DNA of 32,251 nucleotides from Octopus bimaculoides (lineage: Eukaryota): NCBI RefSeq assembly GCF_001194135.2, contig NC_068984.1:132667080-132699330 (forward strand), read 5' to 3'. This document shows positions 9,343 through 21,689 of this stretch, piece by piece (the stretch's first letter is position 1; each line of letters starts with the position of its first letter). The position numbers were made by a program, and so were the translations under genes. Under the pieces are notes generated by a model. The model was not told where the DNA came from, ran no database searches, and worked only from the letters and a program-made list of their open reading frames with translations.

Positions 9343-9706
9343 CCTTTTATTTTGTTTCAGCCATTGGACTGTGGCCATGCTGGAGCACCGTCTTGGAGGG
9401 TTTAGTCAGACAAATTGACTCCAGTGTTTATTTTTAAGCTTGGTACTTATTCTAGCAACCTCTTTGCCAAACCCCTAATTAAACACTGGTTGTCAAGCAG
9501 TGGTAGGGACCAAACAGGACACACGTGCACACACACATATGCAACAGCTTTCTTTCAGTTTCCATCTACCAAATCCATTCACAAGGCTTTGGTTGGCCTG
9601 GGGCTATAGTAGAAGGCACTTGCCCAAGGTGCCATGCAGAAGGACTGAATCCCAAAACCACCTGATTGGGAAGCAAGCTTCTCAACTATACAACCTAGCC
9701 TGTGCC
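9343..9706 (-). mobile_element. SINE family A, full length, diverged
   Basis: Tail at 9343-9500 and head at 9535-9706, both on the minus strand. Confidence 0.85.
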
Positions 9707-9746
9707 CATATATATTTTTTTTCAAGAAAGAACAGCAATTATTATT

Positions 9747-9958
9747 AAGGTGGCAAACTAGCAGAATCATAAGCATGCTGAGCAAAATGCTTAATGGAAT
9801 TTTGTCCGTCTTTACCTTCTAAGTTAAAATTCTGCCAAAGTCGACTTCATTTTTCATCCTTTCAGGATTGGTAAAATAAGTACCAGTTGAGCACTGGGGT
9901 TGGGGTAATCAACATATCCTTCCCCCAAAATGGCTGGCCTGTTGTCAAAATTTGAAAC
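9747..9958 (+). mobile_element. SINE family B, full length
   Basis: AAGGTGGCAAACTAGCAGAATC head through ..CAAAATTTGAAAC tail. Confidence 0.85.
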
Positions 9959-11309
9959 TTCTTAATGTTTTTGCAATCAGGAAAGGAGTTTGGTTGTTGG
10001 TTCTGTGTTGAACAAAGTTTCTTTCAGCCATTGATCGTGTACTTACAAAGGATTAGATAGTCACTTTCTTAAACTAATTAATACTTAGCTTTAGTTTCAC
10101 ATAATTTAGGGCAAATGAGAGCTAAATGTACATCTGTATGTCATTCTAACATACGTAAGCTATTAACCTGTTTCCAATTCCTAGGTAGACACTCAAGGTT
10201 GCAATAAAGTGTCATTGGAGGATCAAGACTCATCATTTGGCAAATTTTGCCTCAACAAAGGACTGCAAGATGGAATATAGAAGATTGTCAGTTGGCTCCA
10301 GTTAGGAAATGCTCCTTGTGTTTTTCATTTAGCTCATTTAACCTTTAGCACGTTTAGGTGTATCATGTCACTGTATAAGTTTTCTTCCCTGTAGCTGCAG
10401 GTGCATTGAGAGGGGAGAAAACTAATATGGTAACATGATGTGCCTACAGCATGCTAAAGGTTAATACCAACATGTCTGAGACCATATCTCTGTAAATATT
10501 CATGTTTAAATTAAAATCGCAAAGCATAAATATGAGATTTCATTTGCAGTACCACCATAATACACCAAAATTTGTAAGTTTTTCTAATGAAATTCCATAT
10601 ATTTTACTAACTTCCCCACCCCCAAATCCTCATTATATTTAAATTTAAAATACCTAGGCAGTCTACTTGTTAAAAATAGTCACGAAAGAATTAAACAAAT
10701 GCACCTTCTTTCAAGTCCACTTGACATGTTCTATAGATGAGAGGTATATAGAAAGGTATGTATGTGTGAGCTGGGCAATTTTATGTTGACATTTGCAGAT
10801 AGTCTAGAACAGTAAAAACTGACTGACTTAAAAATAACCAGTGTGTTTGCAATGTGGGAAATGCTAATATGGTAATGAATTTGTACTGATAGGTGTTGAT
10901 AGAAACCAAGGTTGAATTCAGTCATGAATATTTTACTTATTTTATTCAGTAGGTCAATCAGTACACAAAGAAGTGAGTTGGTGTAGATTATTGTAGATAA
11001 CAATTAATGCAACTAGAACCTCCCAAGATTGATGATGGCTTCAGAGAGTGGCAGTTTGATATCTAGTTTCTATATAGGTCAAACAACGTGTTTGAGAAAA
11101 TAGATATTTCAAAATAATTCTGTTACCAATTCGTCAATGGTATTAAAAATCTATTATCTAATTATATGGGAAATACCTCTATTGTAAATAACATAGAAGT
11201 GTTAGCATCTTGCTGTAGAGTAACAGCTGTGAATATTAAATAATGTCTTAAAGCATATACATATCAGTGTAGCACTCATCAAAAATAAGTTTTAGTACAG
11301 AGGTAATGA

Positions 11310-11724
11310 CTAGCAAGCAACCAAGATCATTGGAAATATGCTGTGGTTGAGAAGACCTCGGCAAGCCAAGTGAAGTCGTAGTTATAGCCGATGCCAGTGT
11401 CGCATAACTGGCCTGTTTAAAAGCACCCTTCAGTCGTTGGGCGATATGCCGTGCTTGTGAAGAGTGTAATCGTAGTCAAGGCTGTTGAACCGAGTGTAAT
11501 CGTAGTCAAGGCTGATGCCAATTCTGCCTGACTGGCACCCATGCCGGTGGCATGTAAAAAGCACCCATTATATTTTGGGGAGTGGTTGGTGTTAGGAAGG
11601 ACATCCAGCTGTAAAAACCTTGCCAAATCAGATTGGAGCCTGGTGCAGCCTCCCAGCTTGCCAGTCCTCAGTCAAACCGTCCAACCCATGCCAGCATGGA
11701 AAGTGCATGTTAAATGATGATGAT
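11310..11724 (+). mobile_element. Retroelement family C with (ATG)n tail
   Basis: Ends CCCATGCCAGCATGGAAAGTGCATGTTAAATGATGATGAT. Internal 30-bp-period duplication at 11462-11514. Confidence 0.85.
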
Positions 11725-11993
11725 AGAGAAATATATTATCTTACAATTCTTTGATTATAACACTCTTGTGTGTGTGTGTATAAAATATCTAGAGAACCTG
11801 TATGTTTCTTCAATGGCTGAAGAAGCAAATAGTGTCAAAACCCATCTAGATGTCCCAGAAAGTTTCTGGAAAGTAACGAGACACATATTTCCTTTATATC
11901 GGTTTATGAGTTTCATGCTTTCTGTTTATGTAATTCACATTGATCTTGGCCACCAACTAATTTCTAATTAATTATATAGCACTATGAGTGAGT

Positions 11994-12250
11994 GAAGGCA
12001 CATGGTTCAGTGGTTAGGGTGTTGGGCTCACAATCATGAAGTACTGAGTTTGATTCCCGGCCTGGGCTGTTTGTTGTGTTCTTGAGCAAGACGCTTTATT
12101 TCACATGGCTCCAGTTCACTCAGCTGTAGAAATAAGTTGTGACATCACTGGTGTCAAACTGTATCAGCCTTTGCCTTTCTTCTGGGTAGTATCAGTGCCA
12201 TGGAGAGGGGAGGCTGGTATGCATGGGTGACTGCTAATCTTCCATAAACA
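11994..12250 (+). mobile_element. tRNA-derived SINE family D (CORE-like centre), 5' part, interrupted
   Basis: A box TGGTTCAGTGG, B box GAGTTTGATTCC, then TTGTGTTCTTGAGCAAGACGCTTTATTTCAC..CCAGTTCACTCAGCTG. Appears to resume at 12861-12935. Confidence 0.75.
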
Positions 12251-12417
12251 TATGTTGGCATAGGAGTGGCTGTGTGGTAAGTAGCTTGCTTATGAACCAC
12301 ATGGTTCCAGGTTCAGTGCCACTGCGTGGCACTTTGAGCAAGTGTCTTCTACTATAGCCTTGGGCCGACCAAATCCTTGTGAGTGGATTTGGTAGACGGA
12401 AACTGAAAGTAGCCTGT

Positions 12418-12573
12418 CATCATCATCATCATCATCATCATCGTTTAACCTCCCCTTTCCATGCTAGCATGGGTTGGACGATTTGACTGAGGACTGGTGC
12501 AACCGGATGGCTACACCAGGCTCCAATCTAATTTGGCAGAGTTTCTACAGCTGGATGCCCTTCCTAACGCCAA
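12418..12573 (-). mobile_element. Family C 3' fragment nested in SINE A
   Basis: (CAT)8 followed by the reverse complement of the family C tail. Confidence 0.9.
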
Positions 12574-12584
12574 ATATATATATA

Positions 12585-12646
12585 NNNNNNNNNNNNNNNN
12601 NNNNNNNNNNNNNNNNNNNNNNNNNNNNNNNNNNNNNNNNNNNNNN
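12585..12646. other. Assembly gap (62 N) inside a (TA)n tract
   Basis: Direct read. Confidence 1.
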
Positions 12647-12860
12647 TATGTATGTATGTGTTTTCCCCCCGCCCCCAGCATTGCTTGACAACCGATGTTG
12701 GTGTGTTTACATCCCTGTAACTTAGCGGTTTGGCAAAAGAGACCGATAGAATAAGTACTAGGCTTACAAAAAATAAGTCCTGGGGTCGATTTGCTCGACT
12801 AAAGGCGGTGCTTCAGCATGGCTACGGTCAAAATGATTGAAACAAGTAAAAGAGTAAACA

Positions 12861-12935
12861 ACTTTGCCCAGACTTGTGCCTCAGAGGGGAACTTTCTAGA
12901 TGCAATCCCATGGTTATTCATGACCAAAGGGAATC
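12861..12935 (+). mobile_element. SINE family D, 3' part
   Basis: Follows the second TAAACA. Continuity with 11994-12250 is inferred. Confidence 0.6.
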
Positions 12936-13335
12936 TTTTACTGTCAGCGAATAGATGTTACAATTAAACAAATTAAGGTTTACCTTTGTAAGGATCATGT
13001 CTCGTTACCATGTGTGTCTCAACAAGGGTTATCAAGTGTCAACGATTTGATTATATCCCTTTGCACCCCTGTTGACTTTACCTTTCAACCAATCAAGGCC
13101 TTATGTTACAAGTTCCTTCACATTTTCAGTGTCTTGTATAAATCAACCTTAGTACTTAACTGGTACTGTTTTTTTTAACAATCTTAGATGAATGAAAAGC
13201 AATGTTACAAGGCATTTTGTCGATCCCCCCAATGAAACAAGTACTTGACAAATTTGTGGGGAAGATATACAGACCAAGCATGGCTGCTGAACAATGACTG
13301 AGGCCTATAAATGAAAACAAATTGCTAGACATATA

Positions 13336-13501
13336 GGTGCAGGAGTGGCTGTGTGGTAAGTAGCTTGCTTACCAACCACATGGTTCCAGGTTCAGTCTCA
13401 CTGCGTGGCACATTGGGTAAGTGTCTTCTTACTGTAGCCTCGGGCCGACCAAAGTCTTGTGAGTGGATTTGGTAGACGGAAACTGAAAGAAGCCCGTCGT
13501 A

Positions 13502-13535
<34 letters not shown>

Positions 13536-13745
13536 TATATGTTTGTGTGTCTGTGTTTGTCCCCCCAACATCGCTTGACAACCGATGCTGGTGTGTTTAC
13601 GTCCCCGTAACTTAGCGGTTCAGCAAAAAGAGACTGATAGAATAAGTACTAGGCTTACAAAGAATAAGTCCTGGGGTCGATTTGCTCGACTAAAGGCGGT
13701 GCCCCAGCATGGCCGCAGTCAAATGACTGAAACAAGTAAGAGTAA
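13336..13745 (+). mobile_element. SINE family A, full length, low divergence
   Basis: GGTGCAGGAGTGGCTGTGTGG (A box), GGTTCAGTC (B box), microsatellite spacer, intact tail, many CpGs retained. Confidence 0.95.
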
Positions 13746-14454
13746 AAAAGTGTATATATAGAGAATTACATCTCTATATACATTTATACAACATGCCAAT
13801 CTTTTTGCATTCTCTCTCTGTTTGATCTTGACAGAGACTGCTGTACTTTATACCTCTCCACCTCGCTCTTGCCACCAACTTCCTGCTTTCATGCTGGTTA
13901 CTTCTCTTTGTACTCAAACACTCGTTTAGTCTTTCTCTTCTGTCTCCGCACATATACTGTCTTTTTCTTTTTTCATTCATTTTATGACACTCCTTGTTAC
14001 ACCTATCACTCTTCTCACTCCTTTTATTATCTCTTACAAGTGTTACATTTCCACTGTGACAACCAACCAACAAAATATGTGACATGATTTTGGCCTTTTA
14101 TTTTGAGAGAAATGATATTCTGGAGGAATTTTACTAGGTCAAGCATATATGCTTGAAATCAGTTGGTTTTCATTTATTCATGGTTTGGTCAAGAATTTGT
14201 CAATAATGCTTCTCCAATCATCTTGGAATCTCTCATCCTATCTACCTTTCCCTCTGCTTGCCATCTGCTCTATGGCCACATATCTTCAGCCCAGGACATA
14301 TAATAGCTTAGCATTTTTGTATGTTTTTTTTTTAACTTTCCATATTTATCTTTTCCCTAAAATAGTATGTTACTTAATTTTGAGTAGAGCAGTTTTAAAA
14401 GTGATCTTAATGTCTATTCATTTCAATTTAACTCCTGGGTTGTTTTTTTTTTTT

Positions 14455-14503
14455 TTTTACTTGTTTCAGTCATTTGACTATGGCGATGCTGGGGCACCAC
14501 CTT
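14455..14503 (-). mobile_element. SINE family A, tail fragment
   Basis: TTTTACTTGTTTCAGTCATTTGACTATGGCGATGCTGGGGCACCACCTT. Confidence 0.8.
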
Positions 14504-15091
14504 ATTATATCATTAAAAAAAAAAAAAGCCTATAAAAAATTTTCCTTCACTAAAATATTACGAATTCTCTAAATATACTTTCAAACACACAAAACATTAA
14601 TTCATTTTAAGTCATCTTGTTTACCATTAAAACATAAATCATAATTGCGATTTTTTTTTTTTTTAATTTTTTTTTTTTATTTTTTTTTTTTATCTACATT
14701 TGATATTTCTTTTCTTTCAACAAATTGAATTTATTTCCAAAATGAAAATTGTTTTCTGTATTGTTTCAAATGAACATCTCTCCTTTTGACTGTCTGATGT
14801 ACCTGTTGTACATGGTGCCCAGTTGTAGTCCTATTAACTTTACAGTATAATTTGACACCAAGATCATTAGCCACAAGTTCTGAATAAAAAATTGTGTCAA
14901 GTTGAATGGTCAGTAGGCTAAACGAGTGACCCAGACACTATACAAACTCTGTCTTTAAAATGTTCTTAAAGCATGTTTCTCTCTAATTCTCTTCAAATTA
15001 CAGCTTTCGTTGACTTTCATCTTGCTAGGATAAAATCATTTCCATTATCACAGTTATATCTGCACCCTTATATAGTCATGTCTTGTTTCAT

Positions 15092-15483
15092 TGTTGTTGT
15101 TGTTGGCACTCCGTTGCTTATGATGTCGAGGGTTCCAGTTGATCCGATCAACGGAACAGCCTGCTCGTGAAATTAACATGCAAGTGGCTGAGCACTCCAC
15201 AGACACGTGTACCCTTAACGTAGTTCTCTGGGATATTCAGCGTGACACAGTGTGACAAGGCTGACCCTTTGAATTACAGGCACAACAGAAACAGGAAGTA
15301 AGAGTGAGAGAAAGTTGTGGTGGAAGAGTACAGCAGGGCTCGCCACCATCCCCTGCCGGAGCCTCGTGGAGCTTTAGGTGTTTTCGCTCAATAAACACTC
15401 ACAACGCCCGGTCTGGGAATCGAAACCATGATCCTATGACCGCGAGTCTGCTGCCCTAACCACTGGGCCATTGCACCTCCACT
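15092..15483 (-). mobile_element. tRNA-derived SINE family E, complete, with (AAC)n tail and 11-bp target-site duplication
   Basis: Minus strand begins AGTGGAGGTGCAATGGCCCAGTGGTTAGGGC (A box) and GGTTTCGATTCC (B box), and ends in (CAA)n. TCTTGTTTCAT lies at 15081-15091 and 15484-15494. Confidence 0.9.
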
Positions 15484-15884
15484 TCTTGTTTCATAAACAC
15501 AGTCAGACAAACAACGTAGAGAATCTGATTATAATAAAATTTTGAAGCCATTTTATGTTAAGTTATAAATTAGTTTTTAGTAAATACTAATGAGTCATAA
15601 CGATTTTGTGTCAAGCGAGTACATCAAATCAACTTCCACGGTAGACACAATAAGGAATATAGCAACACACCCAGACTACTGAGCTACACCTTACACAATC
15701 AGGGCACACTGGTATGTCTTGCATCCTTTCGTTCTTTTTTCTCAGTTTGAAACATTTGATCTTTGTCTTCTATGAGTCTGCAAAATCGCAACTGATTGCA
15801 GTTACTCAACAACAGGAAAAATGTACTTCCTTGATCATTGTATTGGCAGATTCAGTAAACTCAGGCAGCTGTGGAAAAATGGAT

Positions 15885-15960
15885 CTTGTTTCAGTCATTA
15901 GACTGTGGCCATGCTGGGGCACTGCCTTGAATAATTTTAGCCAAATGAATAGACTCCAGC
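15885..15960 (-). mobile_element. SINE family A, tail fragment
   Basis: CTTGTTTCAGTCATTAGACTGTGGCCATGCTGGGGCACTGCCTTGA. Confidence 0.75.
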
Positions 15961-16619
15961 TTGTAGTATTTGTTCCACTCTTTTATGTTCTGTGTTCAGA
16001 CCCCCCCCCCCCCTCCGAGTCAACTTTGCCTTTCACACGCTCTCCTCCGTAAAACGGTACCAATCAAGTATGAGAATCTATAGTATCAACTAACCCCTTT
16101 CCCTCAAAATTTCCGACCCTATGCTCTCCACCGGAAATCAATATTTACATCTATACTGTATTTTGATCTGTTTGATCAATCAAGTGTCACATTCCTATCC
16201 CAAGGGTGATATTCTTGTACCTGGACTGAATTCAGTTTATGTATTTTACTTTCTACATCAAGAATAATGATAATCCTCTTTTTCATTATACCACTGACTC
16301 AATGACAATTAAGTCAATGTTACATTTTTAAGTTATTTAAATTTCATCTTTCAATAATTACAATTACATTGAGGTGTTGTCAATGCTGGATTTACTGCAA
16401 GCATTATATGTATTGCTTCTTCAATTTCTTTTGATCTTTCTTCGTTTCCTCCTGAGTTCTCTACAATTATGGGAATTTATTTCAAAGTAGTTTAGATTTC
16501 CTTTTTCACATCACCCTTTCCTGTCGTTAAGGCTCTGTGAAAAGTGTTTCATCCTTAATTATAAGATTTTCTGGAAAATTATTAAAAAACAACAGGAGTA
16601 GCCATGTATCACCTTAACA

Positions 16620-16900
16620 GTGAGATACTTATCCCTGTTCCTCCATCATACTTTAACCTCTCATCACCTGGCATAAAGCCACCTCCCTTAATACGACAAC
16701 CCTCCTCAGTTGAAGGATCTTCAGTTACTTGGTGACCTTGCTACATAAAAAACACCCAGTGCATTCTATAAACTAGTTAGCATTAGGAAGGGCTTCTAGT
16801 TGTGGAAACCATGCTTGATGCAGTCCTCTGGCTTACCAACACTTGTCAAACTGCCCAGCCCCTGCCAACATGAAAAACGGATGTTAAATGGTCATGATGA
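16620..16900 (+). mobile_element. Family C variant, degenerate
   Basis: Ends GCCAACATGAAAAACGGATGTTAAATGGTCATGATGA. Similar to 28794-29127 in the opposite orientation. Confidence 0.7.
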
Positions 16901-17246
16901 ACTCATCTTAGACACTTAATCAAGGCGTGTACAATTTTGTATCACACTATCAAAGGTATTCTGCAGCATCTGTTTGTGTAAATAATCACGTTTTGAGAAC
17001 CTCTTACTTGGGGCATGTGTAGAAAAATAGCAATTATTTTGATAGCTTCATATTAGGCAAAGTTTCTTTTAATATTCTACTTATTTTACACCTTCAGTTT
17101 TTTTGTTTTTTTTCTTGCTCAACTACACGTCACTGTGATTAACAACTACTTCAGATAATCATGTGAAACTTAGTATTGAGAATAAATGAATCAGTTTTGT
17201 GTCAAAACAAAGTAATTGCTTTTAAAATTAAAAAAGAAAATACATC

Positions 17247-17618
17247 ATAGGCACAGGCATGGCTGTGTGGCAAGAAATTTTCCTTCTAACCACATGGTTC
17301 CAGGTTCAGTCCCACTGTGTGACACCTTGGGCAAGTGTCTTCTACTGTAGTCTCGGGCCAACCAAATCCTTGTGAGTGGATTTGGTAGACAGAAACTGAA
17401 AAAGCCCATCATGCGAGTGTGTCTTTGTGTCTGTGTTTGGCCCCCACCACTGCTTGGCAACCAGTGTTGGCCGGTTTACATCCCCATAACTTAGTAGTTT
17501 GGTAAAAAGAGACCGATAAAATGCATATCAGGCTTTAAAAACATAAGTACTGGGGTCGATTCATTTGACTAAATATTCTTCAAGGCATGGCCGCAGTCTA
17601 ATGACTGAAACAGGTAAA
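17247..17618 (+). mobile_element. SINE family A, full length, diverged
   Basis: Head ATAGGCACAGGCATGGCTGTGTGG through tail ATGACTGAAACAGGTAA. Confidence 0.9.
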
Positions 17619-17837
17619 TGATTTTTTTAAATGTTTCACTTTGTCTTAAATTCATTTTGAAACTTTTCCTTTCACAATCATGAACTGAATGTTACTTCTG
17701 ATGAAATGAAATCTGATTTGGTTTCATGATAGCTGCAAATTTTAGAGGCCTTAGTAAAATGTTGATTTGTCTCTTCCCTTTGTATTACAGATATAACATT
17801 ACAAAGTTGAACTGATTCCAACTTCATTATTATTATC

Positions 17838-18050
17838 AGGTGGTGAGCTGGCATAATTGTTAGCACGCCGGGCGAAATGCTAAGCAGTATTTCATCTGCC
17901 ACTACATTCTGAGTTCAAATTCTACCAAGGTCAACTTTGCCTTTCATCCTTTCAGGGTTGATAAATTAAGTACCAGTGAAATACTGGGATCGATGTAATC
18001 AACTAATCCCCTCCCCTCAAATTTCAGGCCTTGTACCTTTAGTAGAAAAG
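17838..18050 (+). mobile_element. SINE family B, full length
   Basis: AGGTGGTGAGCTGGC..GTTAGCACGCCGGGCGAAATGC..TTCTGAGTTCAAATTC..CTTTCATCCTTTCAGGGTTGATAAATTAAGTACCAG. Confidence 0.9.
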
Positions 18051-18432
18051 ATTATTATTGTCATGGTAAATGTATCATATTTACCCAAAGCCCTGTCAAA
18101 ACGTTGTTCCTAAATTTTCTTTCCCCATTTAACAGTTGAAAAACTTTCACACGTTCTATCTCAGTTCTAGAATGTATTTTTTTTTTTTTAGAACAGTTTA
18201 GTCCTCAACAAAAATGATTACTTTTACCTTAAATGCATTCAAGTTAGTGAGCAAAACATTTTACAGAAAGCAATTTGTTCTCTAAATGACCATCATTACA
18301 GCTTTCAATCTTACTAGTTAATTTGTAAATGACTACATAATTATAACTTCTAAATATTCCATGCAGTGTTTCTGCTAAAATAATGTATCACTTGATATAG
18401 CTAAGTTTTAAGAGAAGGAACATAATACCCTC

Positions 18433-18435
<3 letters not shown>

Positions 18436-18469
<34 letters not shown>
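18436..18469. repeat. (CT)n microsatellite
   Basis: Direct read. Confidence 0.95.
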
Positions 18470-18472
<3 letters not shown>

Positions 18473-19295
18473 ATTATTTTAAAAGTTAAGAGCTGATTAG
18501 ATAGTAAAATACCAACCTTTTCATTGAAATAGCCATTGGTAACTATCTCAAGTCTGAGTAATCATTTCAGTGCAAAGGGAACGTTCCAAATAGAGTGGCT
18601 GCATTTTTCTTGCTCCAGGTGAAATGGAGTCTCTCTTCGCTTAAATTAGCCATATGGAATTATATTGTCGACATTGTGTGTGGAGAGAAACAAGAACAGT
18701 TCCACTAAAGTTTTTTCACAGGAAGATGCAGGCTATCAAGTTGATTGATCAAAAATAGAAATATTAAGAATAACATATTGAAATTGAATTAAACATTGCT
18801 TAGTATCTTTTTGGTGGGAAACTTCTGAGTGACTAAGTAAGAGTATGATAAAGAAAATAGTTGCTTAACTGAAAAAGACAGACAAGTTTTGTTGTACATA
18901 AGATTTTGTGCACTCAAAAATTGTGAGTAGTGAAGTCCAGTTCAGCCCTATTGAGCAGATATATAACATACAACCACTTGGTGGAACAACTAGTTGTCCT
19001 TCACATTAACTAGATCTCCTGATGTATCATGACTCCCCACAATGCTCTCATATTTAGTGGTTTATCATATAGGGTTTATCATATAGGGTGGATGGGCTGT
19101 ATTATCTTCTATTCTGTTCAGTTTGCTTCTAAAAGTTCTGGTTGGGCCTCACTAAATGTGAGCAGAATGGACTCAGAGCCCAATGTTTAGGACTGCTTTG
19201 CTGCTATTTTTGTTGAGCCAGTGAAGGAGCTTCTATATTATCATTTCAATTTACAAGAACAAGCAGCCAAATTAACTCGAACAAGTATATATGTA

Positions 19296-19326
<31 letters not shown>

Positions 19327-19873
19327 CAAGAGTTGAAGAGAAAGGCCAGTTCTTGTTATATAGTGTTTGCTATGTTGAGATGTGTGGTTACCAAAACTTA
19401 TCAGTAGTGATGATAAGCCAAACCATTTGTAGCCATCTTGATGGTTCTAATTGCATTCTGTTCATGTTTGAAATTTAAAAAAAAAAAAAAAAAAATTAAA
19501 ATTTAGGTTTAAAAATAGTATGCCAGATAAAGGCACAAGATGATCATGGCTGGAACACCAGTTCAGATGATAAGCCATTATCAAAGAAATTGGTGGTTGT
19601 CATTGTTTAACCCTCAATCAACCCTGCTGTAATAGACCCATTTATTTTCTCCCTCAGTTAGTTGAACAATAGCATTATTGGCTATAGGTTTCCAGTCCAT
19701 GGTGCACTGAATTTCTGATTCAAGACTGATAAGGGATTTTTTGTTACTTAGTGTGGAACAAATATCGCAAGAGACTTCATTTGAAGAGCACTAGTTTTTC
19801 TTAACTGGATTTTGCATTATTCACCGATACATGTCAGTGAAAGATTTATGTATTTATACATACAGCTACATTC

Positions 19874-20040
19874 ACACACACACACAATGTGCTTCCACAT
19901 AGTTTCTGTCTACCACATTTCACTCACAAAATATTGGTAAACTTTAGGCAATTAGAAGATATTTACTTAAAGTGCTGCACAGTAGGATTGAACCCAAAAC
20001 TCGTTGGTTGCAAAACAAACCTCTTAATCATACATCCTTG
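19874..20040 (-). mobile_element. SINE family A head, old copy
   Basis: Degenerate reverse complement of the head. Confidence 0.6.
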
Positions 20041-20411
20041 TCCAATCATAACCATCTTATCATATTGTATATCAGAGAAGAACCACATTGATCATCCTTC
20101 ATTTTTAAAATGGCAGTCTGTGATTTGAGGGAGATTTGGCTGTTATTTCGGGCAAACTGAGCAATTGTACAGTTATTTGTAATCATGCATTTGTGAATTT
20201 ACATAGATTAGCTAAAAGGAGTGAAGGTTGCATGCACTTACTTTGTTACTGAATCAAATTATTTCAGATGTCAAAGCAGTACTGCATAGTGGAGTCATTT
20301 TTATCCTATGAAAATGGCCAGTAATTTGTTCAGGTTGAAATACATGGGAGCATTAAATAATAGGAAATGCAATCTTAATTTGAAAAGTTTTAAACATTTC
20401 AGATGCAAGCC

Positions 20412-20622
20412 TGACTGCATGGCACACCTTGGGCAAGTATTTTCTGTAGCTCCAGGCTGACTAATGCCTTGTGAGTAAATTTGATGGATGAAAGCTGGAA
20501 ACCTCTCTGCATATATTTGTGTGTTTGTGTCTGTGTCCTTGGTTTCTTTACAGCTCTATAATTTACCAGTAAAAGAGTAAGATAAAATAAGTACCCTTTA
20601 AAGTGGTTCCCCACCATAGCTG
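20412..20622 (+). mobile_element. SINE family A, degenerate
   Basis: CTGCATGGCACACCTTGGGCAAG..GCCTTGTGAGTAAATTTG..GATAAAATAAGTACC. Confidence 0.65.
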
Positions 20623-20627
20623 CTGAT

Positions 20628-20777
20628 CTGGCCTCTCACACCTAGCCAACAATGTCATTGTAAAAATAAACAATAACATCATTGAAATTTTGAAGCTATG
20701 AGATAATGCATAATTAATTCAAAACAATTTAAATAAATAAACCTTACATTTGAGAAAGTAATCTGAATACTAAAGGG
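20628..20777 (+). mobile_element. piggyBac-like MITE family 2, right part
   Basis: Ends CTGAATACTAAAGGG|TTAA (20778-20781). Homologous to 31630-31788. Confidence 0.75.
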
Positions 20778-21003
20778 TTAAACCTGCTTTCTTATCTTTA
20801 CATCCCACATTTCATGCTCCCAAACTATACTGATTTTACCATTATCCAAATTAGTCTTTTAATTTTAGTAGTATTCAAACTGCAATCTAAAATAATCTTC
20901 TGCATATGATTTTTAAAAAATACAAAACTTTGTTAAATTTCATTCTATTTTTGGTGTCAATAGATAGCTTTCTCTTAATGTAAAAATGTCTGAAACCGAT
21001 TGA

Positions 21004-21234
<231 letters not shown>

Positions 21235-21427
21235 TAACTTCTAAGCTTTTTTTTTCTACAGAAAACACGTGGAAAGTACTGTATATTAATTTACTACATT
21301 ATAGTTGTAGAGTCATGAGAGTTTTTTACTTTTTTTTTTCTCTGTTAGGTAACTGTAAGCTTCAGATTTAAATATATAAAATTCTTAAGAAATGCAATAT
21401 TCAGCTGTACAATTAATGTAAATTATC

Positions 21428-21548
21428 TAGCCGTAGAAACCATACCAAAATGGACAGCAAAGCTTGATGTAGTCTTCTGACCTGCCTGTTCCTGTCAAAC
21501 TGCTCAACTCCTGCCAGCATGGAAAATGGATGTTAAATGATGATGAAT
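21428..21548 (+). mobile_element. Family C 3' fragment
   Basis: ..GCCAGCATGGAAAATGGATGTTAAATGATGATGA. Confidence 0.75.
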
Positions 21549-21689
21549 ACTAGGCTTAGATGGTCCAGCTTAGTAATTTCATGCTTGTAAATTCAAATCT
21601 TGCTTTTATTTGCAGTTCAATATATCATTATTAATAAGATGATAGAATCGCTTCAATTAGTTATATTCTGTGTGAAAATAAATCCTTAA

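Larger units (their letters stand above)
12251..12854 (+). mobile_element. SINE family A inserted in family D, itself interrupted by family C and an N gap
   Basis: Head 12261-12417, tail 12647-12854. TAAACA flanks at 12245-12250 and 12855-12860. Confidence 0.9.

Noticed and set aside
12585-12646. N run
   Set aside because: Assembly gap, not biology. It limits confidence in the nested-insertion structure.
14149-14535. 128-aa and 139-aa ORFs (14149-14535, 22503-22922) and the YIYIY/CVCV ORFs
   Set aside because: Low-complexity read-throughs of poly-T, microsatellites and repeat fragments
15405-15483. tRNA-like sequence on the minus strand
   Set aside because: It is the head of SINE E and continues into SINE body; not a standalone tRNA gene
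15746-15880. Strong acceptor followed by an open frame (LKHLIFVFYESAKSQL...)
   Set aside because: No homology, no convincing donor, and it runs into a SINE tail
19071-19098. 14-bp tandem duplication TTTATCATATAGGG x2
   Set aside because: Ordinary slippage event with no evident function
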